A stretch of DNA of 64,000 nt. Origin: Chiloscyllium plagiosum (taxonomy: Eukaryota). A model generated the notes under the pieces. That model did no database searches. It saw nothing but the letters and a program-made list of their open reading frames with translations, and was not told the origin of the DNA. The stretch lies in NCBI RefSeq assembly GCF_004010195.1, contig NC_057710.1, forward strand, positions 82,072,675 through 82,136,674, read 5' to 3'. Shown here piece by piece: positions 38,141-51,385 of the stretch; the first letter of the stretch is position 1; each line of letters starts with the position of its first letter. The position numbers and the translations under genes were made by a program.

Positions 38141-38410
38141 AATAAATGACATCCTGAGTATTCTTAACAAGGTGTTTCCACTTGTGGATGAGTCCAGAAC
38201 TGGGCGGAACAGTTTAAAAATGAGGAAGTCTCATTTTGGACAGCGATGAGGATTTTGTTTTCTCTCAGAGGATAATGTGACTTTGGAACTCTCTGTATCA
38301 GAAGGTGGTGAAGGTGAGGTCAATGAATATTAGTGAGATAGAAAAAGATGGATTCTTGTTAGACAAGGGGATCAAAGTTGAAAGGGAAGGAATATGGATA
38401 GGTAGGACAG
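38141..38410 (+). mobile_element. Old CR1 3' fragment
   Basis: tgtttccacttgtggatgagtccagaact...ctctcagagg...ggaactctctg. Confidence 0.75.
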
Positions 38411-39180
38411 GTCAAGTGGGCAATGCCGAGTTGGAGGGTTGAATTTTGGATGAGGTGGGGGGATGTGAGATTTGGAAACTGGTGAAGTCGAACTTGATGC
38501 CATGTGGTTGGAGGGTCCCAAGGCGGAAGATGAGGCGTTCTTCCTCCAGTTGGCGGGTGGCTTTGATTTGGCGGTGGAGGAGGCCCAAGACTTGCATGTC
38601 CTTGGGGGAGTGAGAGGGGGGAGTTAAAGTGGTTAGTCACAGGGCAGTGGGGTTGTTTGGTGCGTGTGTCCCAGAGGTGTTCCCTGAATTGCTCCATGTG
38701 TTGGCGTCCTGTCTCCCTGATGTAGAGGAGACCTATGGACACATTAGATGAGGTGGGTGGATGTGCAGAAAGATCTCTACCAGATGTGGAAAGATCCTTT
38801 GGGCCTTGGATGGAGGTCTCCTCTATATCGCGGAGACAGGACACCAACTCACGAAGAGGTTCAGGAAAAATGCATGCACCAAACAACTCCACCACCTTGT
38901 GGTCAACCACTTCAATGCCCCTTCCCACTTCCCCAAGGAACATAGAACATAGAACAATACAGCTCAGAACAGGCCCTTTGGCCCACTATGTTGTGCCGAA
39001 CATTTGTCCTAGCTAAAGGTCATGCAAGTTCAGGGCCTCCTCCACCACCAAATCAAAGCCACCTGCCAACTGGAGGAAGAACTTCTCATCTTCCACCTTG
39101 GCATCCTTCAATGACACGCCATCAACATTGATTGCATCAGTTTCCAAATCTCACTTCCCCCCACCACATCCAAAATTCAA
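38411..39180. mobile_element. Penelope-like element GIY-YIG endonuclease relic, two divergent inverted copies
   Basis: Minus copy 38411-38815: GLLYIRETGRQ..EQFREHL..PVTNHFNS, MQVLGL..RQLEEERLIFRLGTLQPHGI. Plus copy 38815-39180: GLLYIAETGHQL..RFR..VVNHFN. Confidence 0.9.
38939..39015 (-). mobile_element. About 75-bp CR1 3' tail inserted into the Penelope ORF
   Basis: aacatagaacatagaacaatacag...catttgtcctagct, similar to 54048-54120; flanked by aagg on both sides. Confidence 0.85.
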
Positions 39181-39329
39181 GGAAAGAAGACAAAACGTTT
39201 GATCAAACATGGGAAAACAGAACAGGTTTAAAATTGCAGAAACGTAGAAACTAACTGTAAACATTTCCCCATCAGAGAAAGATTAGGAATGCCACATTTC
39301 GTCTTTAGAGTTCAGCACCTGAGAAAGTA

Positions 39330-40010
39330 TTATGAGAAAGTAAGAAGTGGCAGAAGAATTGAACACACAGTTTGATCTGCCTTCATAAAAAAGGGCAGAA
39401 ATAATTTTCCAAAAATGTTAGAGAACCAAGGGTCTAGTGAGCAGGAAGAATTGAATGAAATGAATGATAATAAGAAAATGATACTGTGGAAATAACTGAG
39501 ATTGACGGCTGAGAAATCACTAGGGCTGGATATTCTACATCGGGGGGAAAAGGTGGTCCTAGAAATATTGGATGCATTGGTGTTCATCTTCTAAAACTCT
39601 ACACACTGTTGAACAGTTTTTACAGATTGGAGGGTGGCAAATGTAACTCCATTATTTGTAAATGGAGGGAAAGAAAAAAAGTAGTGAGTTATATTCCAGT
39701 TAACCGAACATTAGGAAAGAGGAAAATGCCGGAATCTGTTATGAAAGATGTGATAATAGAACATTTGGAAAATATTAATGGGATTGTAAAAAGCCAGCAT
39801 GAGTTTCTGAAAGACAAGTCATTCTTCATAAACCTACTGGAGGTTTTTGAGGATGTAACTAGTAAAACAGATTAAGGAAAACCAGTAAATGTGGTACATG
39901 TAGACTTTCAGAAGGTTTTTGTTAAGGTCCCACATGAGTGGTTAGTCAGCAATGTTAAGGCATATGGGTTTTGGGGTAATGTATTGACATTAGGGATGGA
40001 GAATTGGCTG
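39330..40010 (+). mobile_element. Old CR1 ORF2 fragment
   Basis: SQHEFLKDKSFFINLLEVFEDVT, VDFQKVFVKVPH. Confidence 0.8.
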
Positions 40011-40342
40011 TCATTCATTTCTTTATTGCTGAAATTGCATCACTGTAATGCAATAGTCACTGTGCCTAGTTATGTGTTTGTCAGCCTATTCTTATGTTGT
40101 TGTGACATACGTCCCTTATAGGAGGCAGTGTACCTTCCATTGAAGGCACATGTAGTAGCTTTGGCAACCAGCCTCAAGCAGCTGCAGGCCTGTTGGCACA
40201 GGTATGGTCCATTGTGTCTTCACGTGCGTTGGGAATGTTTAGGCTACCATTTTGCATGAAACCATTAAAAGCACTGAACCAGATGCTAGCAGGGAGCAGG
40301 AGTCATCCTTATGAGAAAGGACAGCTTGCATATCATCTATTG

Positions 40343-41062
40343 TTTCACTTAATGGTAAGGTTCTTGGTAGTGCTGATAAACTGAGACATCTCAGTTTCCC
40401 TGTACATAGATCCCTGAAAGTTGCCAACCAGGTTGATAGGGTTGTTAAGAAGGCATTAGGTGTGTTAGCTTTTATTAGTAAAGGGATTGACTTTTGGAGC
40501 CACGAGGTCATGTTACAGCTATTCAAAACTCTGGTGCAGCTGCACTTGCAGTATTGCGAACAGTTCTGGTCACCGCATTATAGGAAGGATGTAGAAGCTT
40601 TGGAAAGGGTTCAGAGGAGAGTTAATGGGATGTTACCTGGAATGGAGGGAAGGTCTTATGAGGAAAGAGTGAGAGACTTGAAACTGTTTTCGTTAGATAG
40701 AACCAGGTTGAGAGGTGACTTAATTGAGACATATAAGATTATCAGAGGATTGGATAGGGTGGACAGTGAGTGCCTTTTTCCTCGGATGATGATGGATAGC
40801 ACAAGGGAACATAGCTTTAAATTGAAGGGTGATAGATATAGGAAAGATGACAGAGGTAGTTTCTTTACTCAGAGAGTAGTAGGGGTGTGGAACGCACTGC
40901 CTGCAACAGTAGTAAACTCGCCAACTTTAAGGGCATTGGATAAACATATGGATGAAAAGAGAATAGTGCAGGATAAATAGGCTTCAGATTGGTTCCACAT
41001 GTCGGCACAACATCAAGGGCCGAAGGGTCTGTACTGCACTGTAATGTTCTATGTTCTATGTT
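40343..41062 (+). mobile_element. CR1 3' end
   Basis: ORF 40462..40980; tail gttctatgttctatg. Confidence 0.93.
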
Positions 41063-41680
41063 AATGCTACTGTTATGAGGCTGCAACTCCAAAACTGCCT
41101 CCAACCTATGGGAGCTCATAGCGAAGGAGGTCATGGATTCTCTGGACATCGCTTTAGTGCTCTGCATATCTCATACTCTTGTAAATGAGTTGAAAAGCTG
41201 AGCAGATGCTGTACACCGGAGCCATGACAGAAGGCCTAAGCTCATGTTCCACCTGTAAACATGGTGACTGAGCTTCCTGCTCAGTGAGAGAAGAACATCC
41301 ATCATTCTGCTAAACTTCTCCACAAGATGTACCATTACAACATTTTAAAAGGGAGGGATCTTTTGAAGCCTGCTTCCACTGCCATCACCTGAACTACCTT
41401 CAAGTTGCATTCAGATAATACTGCACCTCCCTTTTAAGAGTGTACCTCTTCCTTCAGAAATTAAAGCAATAAGAAAGCTGGATATTGAAGGCACTGACTT
41501 GACAAGTGGTCAATCAACGGCAAGAGTAATACCGGTAGCTGTCTATTTAAATATTACTGGAGTGCCCACCATTTCAACAGTACCGTTCTGCCCATGTGAA
41601 ATGGTTAACACTACAAGTGCTGTGCCAATTGTATTAGCACACAAACAGGCTTACACCAACCCCTAACCCTAGACTGCAAT

Positions 41681-41859
41681 AGATTCAAACCACTACAAAT
41701 GCCGGAGGAAAGATCACAGAAGCACTTCACAGGAGGCTCCCAAGCACTGAGGATGTCACCTAGACAGGGGATGAAACGTCTGCAACACAAATTCCCAGCT
41801 CGGCGAACAGAACCACAACAACGAGCACCCGAGCTACAAATCTTCACCCAAACTTTGAA
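41681..41859 (+). mobile_element. Penelope-type terminal repeat, fifth family, with hammerhead core
   Basis: 8-bp direct repeat aatagatt at 41678-41685 and 41858-41865. Confidence 0.75.
41744..41783 (+). ncRNA. Minimal type I hammerhead ribozyme motif
   Basis: GCA-CTGAGGA-t-GTCACCT-agac-AGGGGAT-GAAA-cg-TC-TGC: stem I GCA/TGC, imperfect stem II, GTC cleavage triplet. Confidence 0.8.
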
Positions 41860-44059
41860 TAGATTTGGAGCCAGGAGAGCTGACTTTGAATTCTTGCTTG
41901 AGATCTGTACTTTTTCCTAAACTTAGCAGCCGCTGCTGGATTTTTTTCTTTTGTTTTTATATTAATGGGATAGGAGATTGGGGCTTTCTTCATCACATTC
42001 AAGCAGTATCGTGAGAAAGTCAAGTAAAGGAGAATTTTAACTTCCTCTATCACAGAGTTACTAGGTGACACAAATGGACTATTCTACCCCACAGCTATTT
42101 TAACATTGGTGCATGAAAGGACCAAACTTTCACAGGCTGAAGCCTCATATATAAAGGAAAATTGAAATTTTACCTTTACCGCCTGCCAAGTGAAGTGTTG
42201 CTTGAGGCCTTGTCAGATAATATAGTTTTGTGAATGAGGTAAAGCCTTTCTGCTCCTTCAATACCCAGGAAGAAAATTATGGCTGTGATTGCCTTAGTCT
42301 CTCCAAATTTTCATGAAATCCCTTTCTAACTCTTTCCCAGTTCTCTCTACCCTCTCATCTCTTCTCCCCAATGACTCATCATGCTTCCAGCCTGGGCTTC
42401 TATTACCACAGGATTGCCTCTGGACACATGTTTTTGGAGTTAGAGCTAGCCAACACGAAATGAATCGCTGTTATAGAAATGGACTGCAGCTCTAAGGTGC
42501 TCATACACTGACTTGCTGCTCAGTTATTAGTCTCCATCCTTGAGCGAAAAGGAGATTACAGATTAGAAAGGGTTGATTGATTAATTTATTCAAACCTATT
42601 GGAATAGCAGGCTTGCTCCGCTGATGCAGGAAACCTACAAGGAAATGGGGAAAACATGCTGGTGTGAAAGTGAGGTTTACTATTAAATGGAGAAAATATT
42701 GGGATGAAATATTTAGACCAGAGTGCTATAAAATTATAATATAGATTTCTGTTATGCAGCAAATAAAGCAATTTTTTATCAAGGCACAACTCAAACCATC
42801 AGGTAACAAACCAGCATGAAGAATAAGCAGGTCTGATCAATCATGGAAATGTTTTAAATGCATTGCCTTCTGGAGCATAAGGGACACTGTTCAATAATGG
42901 CAATCTTACCCAATGGGCAGTAGAATTTTGACAGCAGAAACTCTTAATTTCTTGCATGATTGACCAGATCCATTTTGCTTGCCTGTGTCCAGTGAAGTGG
43001 AAGTATCTGCAAGGACAACTACATGCTTCATGAACTAATCGACAAATTAAGGTCATCAGATATTTATTCTGAGAGGCATCTGAACAGAAATACCTGTCGT
43101 CATCTAATTCCTGAGCCCACTGTGAATAGATTGTCCTCAAAGAACTGATTCATTGATTGATATCACACAACCAAGTAACACTGTAAATGTTTGCTTACTC
43201 ATTTTTCAAGTAAAACAATATGAATATTTGGTATGCAGAACTTGTGGACATTTTTTATCAGGTCCCACTTTCTCTCACTCATTTAATTGCTCTGGAGATT
43301 GGGGGGAATTCACAAACTGTAGCAATTAGATGCAGCTTATTATTAACATGTAATACATTGAATCAGAGAGGTTTTTAATGGTTGCTCATTGGTCAGTGCA
43401 CAATATGAAACATCCATCTGCTGACAACATTAAGGTCTGGTTTGAATGATAGATTTTTAATGAAAGTATTTATGGGAGAGTGGGCACTAAGTCTTTGCAC
43501 TTCACAAACTTGTAATTATGATGTTTATGAAATAATTAGACATATTGTGCTTTTATTTTTCCCATATGATATTGAAAATTTAAGAGCAGATGTTCATTTG
43601 TTAAGTTCATGTAATTGAAAAGCAGGATAGTAGTATATAATTAAATAGATTTGGAGTAACTCTCACAGTGGCTAAGGACTATGATAACTCGTTATCATTA
43701 TTATAAATCATGAAAACTGCTTCTGTTGTAATGCTATAATTTGAGTGTGATCTTTGTTCTACATTTTGCCAATTATTTTTGCACGAATATTCAACTAAAA
43801 GAAATCAAATTTAATACTTAAAAGTTATGGGACCTCATCATTGAACGACTAAATGTAAAAATTATTTTACTATATTTTCAACAATGTACTGATTAAAGTT
43901 ACCAGAATTAACTTTTAACTCCAATGAAAGTGTAAAATTAATGTATTTTTTTCTTGTCTTGAAGTTAATGAAGAGAAAAATGGATGTTGGAAAAGGCCAC
44001 CAAATATATTTAAATTGTTGACAGATTGCTTTAGTGATGATAATGAAAAACATAGAATA

Positions 44060-44775
44060 AACTGAAAATGATAGAATACCTGCATTTATGGAAGGGTAGT
44101 ATTCAAAAGAGTGTGCAGGTGCAGAGGCATCTTGATGTATATTTGTATGAGTTATTAATGGTGGCAGAACAGGTGGTGACAACTGTTAACAAAGCATCTT
44201 GTATCTTAGGCTGTTTCATCGAATACAAGAGCAGGGGGATTATGCTGAAACTGTGTAGACACTAGCTAGACTGAAAAAGGTACAGTTCTGGGCACCACAC
44301 TTGTAGAAGATGTTGGAGAAAATGTAGAAGAGGCTTATCAGGTTGATTCCAGGGATGAAAAGTTTCATCGAAGGAAATATTGAAGATGTTGGGATTGTTT
44401 TCCTTGGAAACAAGGAAGAGAGGTGATGGATGTGAGAGGCCTGGACGGAGAAGACAGGAAGAAATTGTTCCTACTCGGAGAAGGATCAAGGATAAAGATA
44501 GCACAGATGGAAAGTGATTTGCGAAAGAAGTAGATGTGATGTAAGAAAAAAAATCAGTGAGTGGTTCCAGTCTGGAATATAGTGCTTGAAAGTATGGTGG
44601 AGGCAGGTCCAAGTGAGACTCTAGAAGGCATGAAATGATTATTTAATCTAAAATAACATGTCATATTATGGGATGAAAGGATGTAGGTATGGCACTAGCC
44701 ATTAAGCTCATTTGGAGAGCCAGTCTCAACATGATGGACTGAACGATCTCTTTCTGCACTGCAACAGTTGTATCA
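44060..44775 (+). mobile_element. Very old CR1 3' region
   Basis: QRHLDVYLYE...VNKASCILG..IEYKSRGIMLKL. Confidence 0.75.
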
Positions 44776-47334
44776 TACTGTGGTTTAGAGTCTAGATATT
44801 CTATCATAAGTAATGCACCACTGGTCAGTGAAATCTGGCCAGTTTCCTTGTCTGTCATTGGGCATTGCCCTCAAAGCCAACCTACTAATCATGCCATCAA
44901 ACCCATGCAATCAGAAAGTGAACCCACTCACAGATTGGTAATACTTCCTCTCTAAAAGAAAATCAGACTTGCCCCTCAAGACTAAACCCTGCCCTCCAAC
45001 CTGGTGATTAGAAGCTGTCCCAGAACTAATAATCCCACCATTGATTACAACCTTCACCCCAACAGTGGATTGGTGACCACTGCACTTCAAGGTTGAGACC
45101 ACCTCCCCTCATGCTTCCACCATTCTATTTACACAGTCGTTACTTATGAACAGGGCACCGGGAAACTCAGGAGCAAGAAATCAGCTTGAAAGTAATGTGA
45201 AAACTTCACAGCTAATGTGTGCTAACCATTTCTCCCTTCCCACCTATCCCCAACATGTATCCCTGTTGCTGCTCTCACAAGCACTGCTCCAGGAAATATT
45301 GAGCTCAAAAGAAAACAAACGAAAGCACAATACTGAAGGCACAATGCTTGCAGCCTCTAAAGAGATAGTTTCAATATAAATTCCCTCAAAGCTTCTGTTC
45401 TGCTGTCTCAACAGGACAAAACATTAAATAGTGTCTTATTTTTTCTGAAATATGTGCATTAGATTTTGTATTAACATGCAAATAAGAGCAACATCCAACA
45501 ATTGCACTTGAGCAATTAAATACATTAATCAGGAAGTGGATTTCCTAGTTGTTCATGACTCACCACGCTGAATGGCGTAAAATTACTGTTCTTAGAAAGT
45601 ACTATAACTGGTGAGGAAGGGTGAATCAGCTCACTTCTTTTTAATCACCCACAGTTGGCTACAAAAAAAAAGATTTTTACTTCATTTTTAGTGCAGAGGG
45701 ATATCACATTTGAATGAAACAGTACTTAAGCCGATTACAGAATTTTCTTGAGTGAAAGAATGATAAGTATTGTTTTAACCTAACACTGAGAAAAATAATA
45801 AAATGCAACATCAAACACACAAACAAAGCTATGAACTCTAAATTGGGAATAATGTATAGAATTCTAAAAAAAAATCAGGGACAGGCAGTTTAGAAAGTTC
45901 TTGGAATTGGTGAGGTATTAGGCTTTATGCTGAGACCAAAATTATGTAATTGATGTCTTTAAACTGTAACAGTGGAGAGTTTTGTCGATATTTTTCATCT
46001 CTTGGTGAATTGATGTTTCTCCAATTTCATTTTTGTTCTACTCATCTATGCTGGAAAGAAAGAGAGAGAGTTTTCAGTTCTGCTGTTACAAATCTATTTT
46101 CTTCTTTTTGCTATGCTGAAAAACAGTTGCTTGAAATAAAGTTCATTACTAGACTCTCAGATCTGGTTTCATTTTCTTTCAGCTGGATAATTTACACGTG
46201 ACTTTTATCCCAATATGTGAACGTTTCCAGAAATGTTTAAGGCTATAAAGCTACTGCAAACTGGGTTGTTAAATTCCCAGCTCATACTTTTGTATCTGAG
46301 CCGACACCAGGGAAGGTTTTTATTATAGAAAATATTTGGTGCACCGCTTTGTCATTTTACAAGCTTGTATGCCTAAGGGATAAACAGCAAAAATAAACAA
46401 TATAAAAAGAATAAAGAATGTTGACTGTGTAAAACAAGATGGCTCAATCAATTAGGTCAATAAAGTTAAAATAATGTTTATTGCAAACTTGTTATTGAAC
46501 ATCATAAAAATAATGTTCCGATGCAAGGAATACTTAGTTCCAAATTCTAATTTTTGAAACTTTCTGAGATGAATTCCAATTGTACATGTGCATTTCAAGA
46601 CTATACATGAATCTGTCAGTAGTGTTTTGTGAAATATAACATGAAAATAATAGCTTGAATATTCAGTCATTATTGTGGTAAGAAATTCAGTCAGATACAA
46701 CACTGTCTAAACTATTTCCAATGATTGTTGCAATAAGCAGCTAACTGCAAAAAGTGTATATGTAACAACCAAAGCAAAAAAATTAAAGTATTATCCAATT
46801 AAAATCTGTTAGAGCCCATCAAAACCATCAGTGCATACTGCTGTATACAAAGGTATTCTATTCAGATTATTCTGTACATCATCTCACATTGACAGAGCAA
46901 ACTGTAGTGAAACATCAGCAAGTGTTTCACTGGGCAACCTGTTTACCTTTTCTGTTTTAGTTAGCTACCTGTCATTCTAATTTATGCTGCATGCAAAAAT
47001 GCTTGTCTGTGATTAATGATTATGAGGGCACAAAATTATTGGTTCTGTGTTAGCTTCCTCTTAAACACTCCACCCAATTTTCTTCTCAGCTATTCCATTA
47101 CCACCTGTTTTTGTCCTGTGCACCTAGTACAGTTGAATTTCTACCCCATTAAAATGGAACAAAATGAATACATACAAAGAAACAATAGAAGAGGCAATCC
47201 CAAGCAATATAATTAGGTCAATACCCATAGGGGGATTACTTTTAGGGGCCCTACAGGCATGCATGGTGACTTAATTAGTGGAAGCAAAATTTCAATGTCA
47301 TGAGTGAGGGTTGAGATGCAGAGATAAAATCAAG

Positions 47335-47927
47335 GGTGTATAGGAGTTGTGAGGTCATGTTGTGGCTATACAGGACATTGGTTAGGCCACTTTTGGAATA
47401 TTACATGCAATTCTGGTCTCATTCCTATCAGAAGGATGTTGTAAAAGTTGAAAGGGTTCAGAAAAGATTTACAAGGATGTTGCCAGGGTTGGAAGATTTG
47501 AGCAATAGGCTGGAGCTGTTTTCTCTGGAGCATCGGAGGCTGAAGAGTGACCTTATAGAGGTTTATAAAATCATGAGGGGCATGGATAGGATAAATAGAG
47601 AAGGCCTTTTCCTTGGGGTGGGGGAGTCCAGAACTAGGAGGCATAGGTTTAAAGTGAGAGGTGGAAGGTATAAAAGGGACCTAAGAGGCAATGTTTTCAT
47701 ACAGAGGGTAGTGCATGTATGGAATGAGCTGCCAAGGAAGTGGTGGAGGCTGGTACAATTACTGCATTTAAAAGGCATCTGGATGGGTATATGAATAGGA
47801 AGGGTTTAGAGGGATATGGGCCAGGTTCTGGCAAATGGGACTAGATTATATTAGGATGTCTGCTTGTCATGGACAAGTTGGGCTGAAGGGTCTGTTTCTG
47901 ACCTGTACATCTTTATGCTTCTATGAC
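47335..47927 (+). mobile_element. CR1 3' end
   Basis: ORF 47336..47794. Confidence 0.92.
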
Positions 47928-48275
47928 GAGCCTCTGGTGAGTTCTTTCTTGTAATTCATCTACATAGCATGGTCATACTTTAAATGTCAAACAATTTTCA
48001 ATAGAATCCTATCATCATGATAAATTTAGCCGCACTGAAAGCCCTGTCCAACCAGGGCTATTACTATCAGTGGAGTTTATCTTGTGCCCTTATGTACAAG
48101 GTCAGCAACTTTCCATAGAACTGAAGAGGAGAATAGACAATTGCATAGAGGCTCAGGATGGCCATCGTGGGTCAGTGGGCACAGCCAGATGTCAGTGTGG
48201 TGTGGGGTTGGGTGGGTGGTGGGACAGTTGATCAAGACAAGAAAATGATGGTACTAAGGGGCAGTATCAGTAGAA

Positions 48276-48500
48276 GAGAGTTTAGATTAAAGTGGTGCTG
48301 GAAAAGCACAGCAAGTCAGGCAGCATCCGAGGAGCAGGAAAATCGACATTTCAGGCAAAAGCCCTTCATCAGGAATAGAGGCATGAAGCCTCCAGGATGG
48401 AGAGATAAATGGGGGTGGTTTGGGCTGGGGAGAAGGTAGCAAAGGTGAATGGGGGTGGGGATGGAGGTGATAGGTCAGAGAGGGGGGTGAGGGAAGGTGA
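48276..48500 (-). mobile_element. Penelope 3' terminal fragment with hammerhead core
   Basis: Minus strand attcCTGATGAagggcttttgcctGAAAtgTCgatt at about 48341-48376. Confidence 0.85.
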
Positions 48501-48704
48501 GGAGAGGACCAGTTGAACCTACAAGTTCAGCCATGTCTCAGAGCAGGAGTAGGACATTAGACACTAGCAGGAACTATCAATAAACAGTGAATTCAAAGGA
48601 ACAACATCTAGAATAAAAGTAATTTCCCTCAGTCCATTGTAACAATTAATGCATGCTAACCATGAGAAATGCCAGTACATTTAGTTTTCTTCTGCCCTTT
48701 AGAT

Positions 48705-50128
48705 AGTAGCAATGGAAAGGGTAGGTCCACTTAAGGAGAAAGGAAGGAATTTATACTCGGAGGGAGTAGGTGAGGTCCTTAATGAGTACTTGGCATTGGT
48801 ATTCACCATGGAGCAGGACATGGATGATGGTAAGATTAAGAAGGGAATATTGATATTCTAGGGCATGTCTTTATTAAAAAGATGTTGGGTGCCTTGAAAA
48901 CATTAAGGTTGACAAGTTTCCAGGGAATCTTTTCAACTGGAAAAAAGTTGATGGGATCTATCCTAGGACACTGAAAATGACAAGGCAGGAGATTACTGGA
49001 GCTTTGATAGAGATCTTTGTATCTTGTTTTGCCACAGACAATGTCCCAGAAGACTGGAGAATAGCCATCATTGTTTCTTTGTTTAAGAAGGGCAACAGGG
49101 ATAATCCAGGAAATTATAGGCCTGTGAACATTATGTCAGTGGTGGGGAAATTATTGAAGAAGATTCATAGGGACAGAATTTGCTTGTATTATGAAAGAAT
49201 GGACTTACTAAGGATAGTCAGCACAGCAGGCTTTGAGCAGGGTGAATGGTGTCTTGTCTCACAAATTGGATTAAGCTTTATTAAGAAGTGACAAAGATAA
49301 TTGGTGAGGGTACGGAACTGAATGTTGTCGACATGGACTTTACTCAAGAATTTGACAAGGTCAATCATGGTAGGCTGGTTCAGAGGATTAAGTCACATGT
49401 GATTGATCCGTGGTGAGTTGGTGAATTGAATACAAAATTGGCTTTGTCAGAGAAGACAGATGGTAGTTGCGGAGGGGTGTTTTTTAACTGGAGGACTGTG
49501 GACAGTGGTGTTACACAAGGACCCGTGCTGGGACTTCTTATTTGTAAATTATCCAAATGATTTGTATGAAAATGTGGGAAGTTAGGAAGTTATGTTGCAG
49601 TTGTACAAGACATTAGTGAGACTGCACTTGGAGTATTATGTTCATTTTTGGTCACCTTGCTATAGGAAGGATGTTATAAACTGGAAAGAGTGCAGGAGAA
49701 ATTTACAAGGATGTTGCCAGGACTCAAAGGACTGAGTTATAGGGAGAGAGTGAACAAGCTAAGACTTTTTTCTTTAGAACATATGAGACTGAGGGGGGAT
49801 TTGAGAAGTGTATAACATCTTGAGAGGCATGGATAAGGTGAATACATACAGTCTCTTTCTCAGGGTTAGGGGGAAAGAATAAAAGGGACCCTGAGAGGCA
49901 ACGTTTTTACACGGAGGGTGGTAAGCATATGGAATGAGTTGCCAGCAGAAGTGGTTGAGGTGGGTACATCAACAACATTTAAAAGGCATTTGGACAAATA
50001 TATGGATAGGAAAGGTTTAGAAGGATATGCTCCATGTGCTGGGAAGTGAGGTTACTATAGATGGACATTTTGCTCAGCACTGACCAGTTTGGGCTGAGGG
50101 ACTTGTCTCCGTGCTGTAGGACTTTAAG
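48705..50128 (+). mobile_element. Decayed CR1 ORF2 pieces with internal deletion near 49580
   Basis: VPEDWRIAIIVSLFKKGNRDNPGNYRPV; 3' end at about 50125. Confidence 0.88.
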
Positions 50129-51149
50129 CACTTAACTGGTAAATCTGAAAAAAAAGCAATTATATGGATTGTAACATTATTCAGACCACTGGCTGTGAAA
50201 TCCTGTAAAGTGATAACAATTATAATAGGTTGAGTCTTTGGCAACAAAAAATAAAAGTCTAAGATACATTCTAACATGAATATAGTTTCCAACTGTGCTA
50301 AACAGCATACAGTGCCACTGTACCAGCTAACATCAGAATTATCAAAAACACCAATAATCCATGACATAAATCAGGGCAGCACTCTGGCGATTTGCAATAA
50401 ATGCCTTCATCTTGGCCAATATTATCTGGTGAACCACTATTCAATTGTAACATCATGATGTCTAGTGGATGGCTGATGAGTTACAAATAGGATCAACATT
50501 ATTTCAAATTCCTTCATCTGATCAACAGAATGGAAATAATTAATTACTTGATGGTATTGCTTGTGTGCAAAAGGCATTTTTATTTTAAAAAAGTTTTCAA
50601 CATACAGTAGTGGAATAGATATGCACAAAGCAATGACTGCAATAATCCTGCCTCCACACATCAAATAGGAATGATACATGATGAATTATAGAAACAACTT
50701 AAGGATAACTCGGAAAATGGTCTGACCTGAGCTTATAATGGTACAAAGTCAGGACAAGTGACATTCCACTATGGTATCCAACATTATTTCCAGGATTGTC
50801 CACTGAAAGTGACATTGGACACGTAATGCTGTATTTTGTCACGTAAGTGCAAGTGAGACATTTTAATTGTTTAATTATGGGAATAAGCCATAGCAAGCAT
50901 ATTATTTGTGACTCAGTAATGTTGAGTTCAAGGAATACATGAACATCTCTGATATCTCCAGTTGCTATCTGCTGCAAAAAGAGATTTGAAGGTTACTGTG
51001 TGGTCTCTCACCCCTCAGTGAGAGATACCACAAACATGTGTTATCAGTCTCTGAATATGTTGCTGGAATGCAACCACACAAACATGTTAACCTCAGTGAA
51101 TGCCTGCTATCCTGACAGTTATCCTTAGGGACTCCAAGATGTACTCGAG

Positions 51150-51385
51150 GTAGACTGAAGGGTTGTCCCATCCCACAACATCATAAACATTGTAGACAAA
51201 CCATTGGTGCCCTTGAGGACCATTTTAATTGACAAGATAACTCAGGTGGATCTCTGCCATACATCTCCAAGACAATACAACTAGGCACATGGTGCTGTGC
51301 TGCATTGTGACAGTCCAGCTATCCTAAAGAGCTCATCTCCTGGGATCTGGAAGAAGGATAAAGAGAAGAAGGCAAGGAGAAAATC
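51150..51385 (+). mobile_element. Decayed PIF/Harbinger (HARBI1-like) transposase C-terminus
   Basis: NIV-QTIGALEDHFN*QDNSGGSLPY...MVLCCIV..., then an acidic tract; compare family motif VE.TIG.LK.RFRCLD.SGG.LQY...VVCC.LHN. Confidence 0.55.

Noticed and set aside
38359..38943. 194-aa ORF as a novel protein
   Set aside because: Chimeric read through antisense and frameshifted Penelope GIY-YIG copies.
40100..40340. Second Harbinger fragment
   Set aside because: Only vague motif resemblance; could not be supported by translation.
41655..41670. Telomeric repeat seed beside the hammerhead cassette
   Set aside because: Fewer than two full CCCTAA units; expected by chance.
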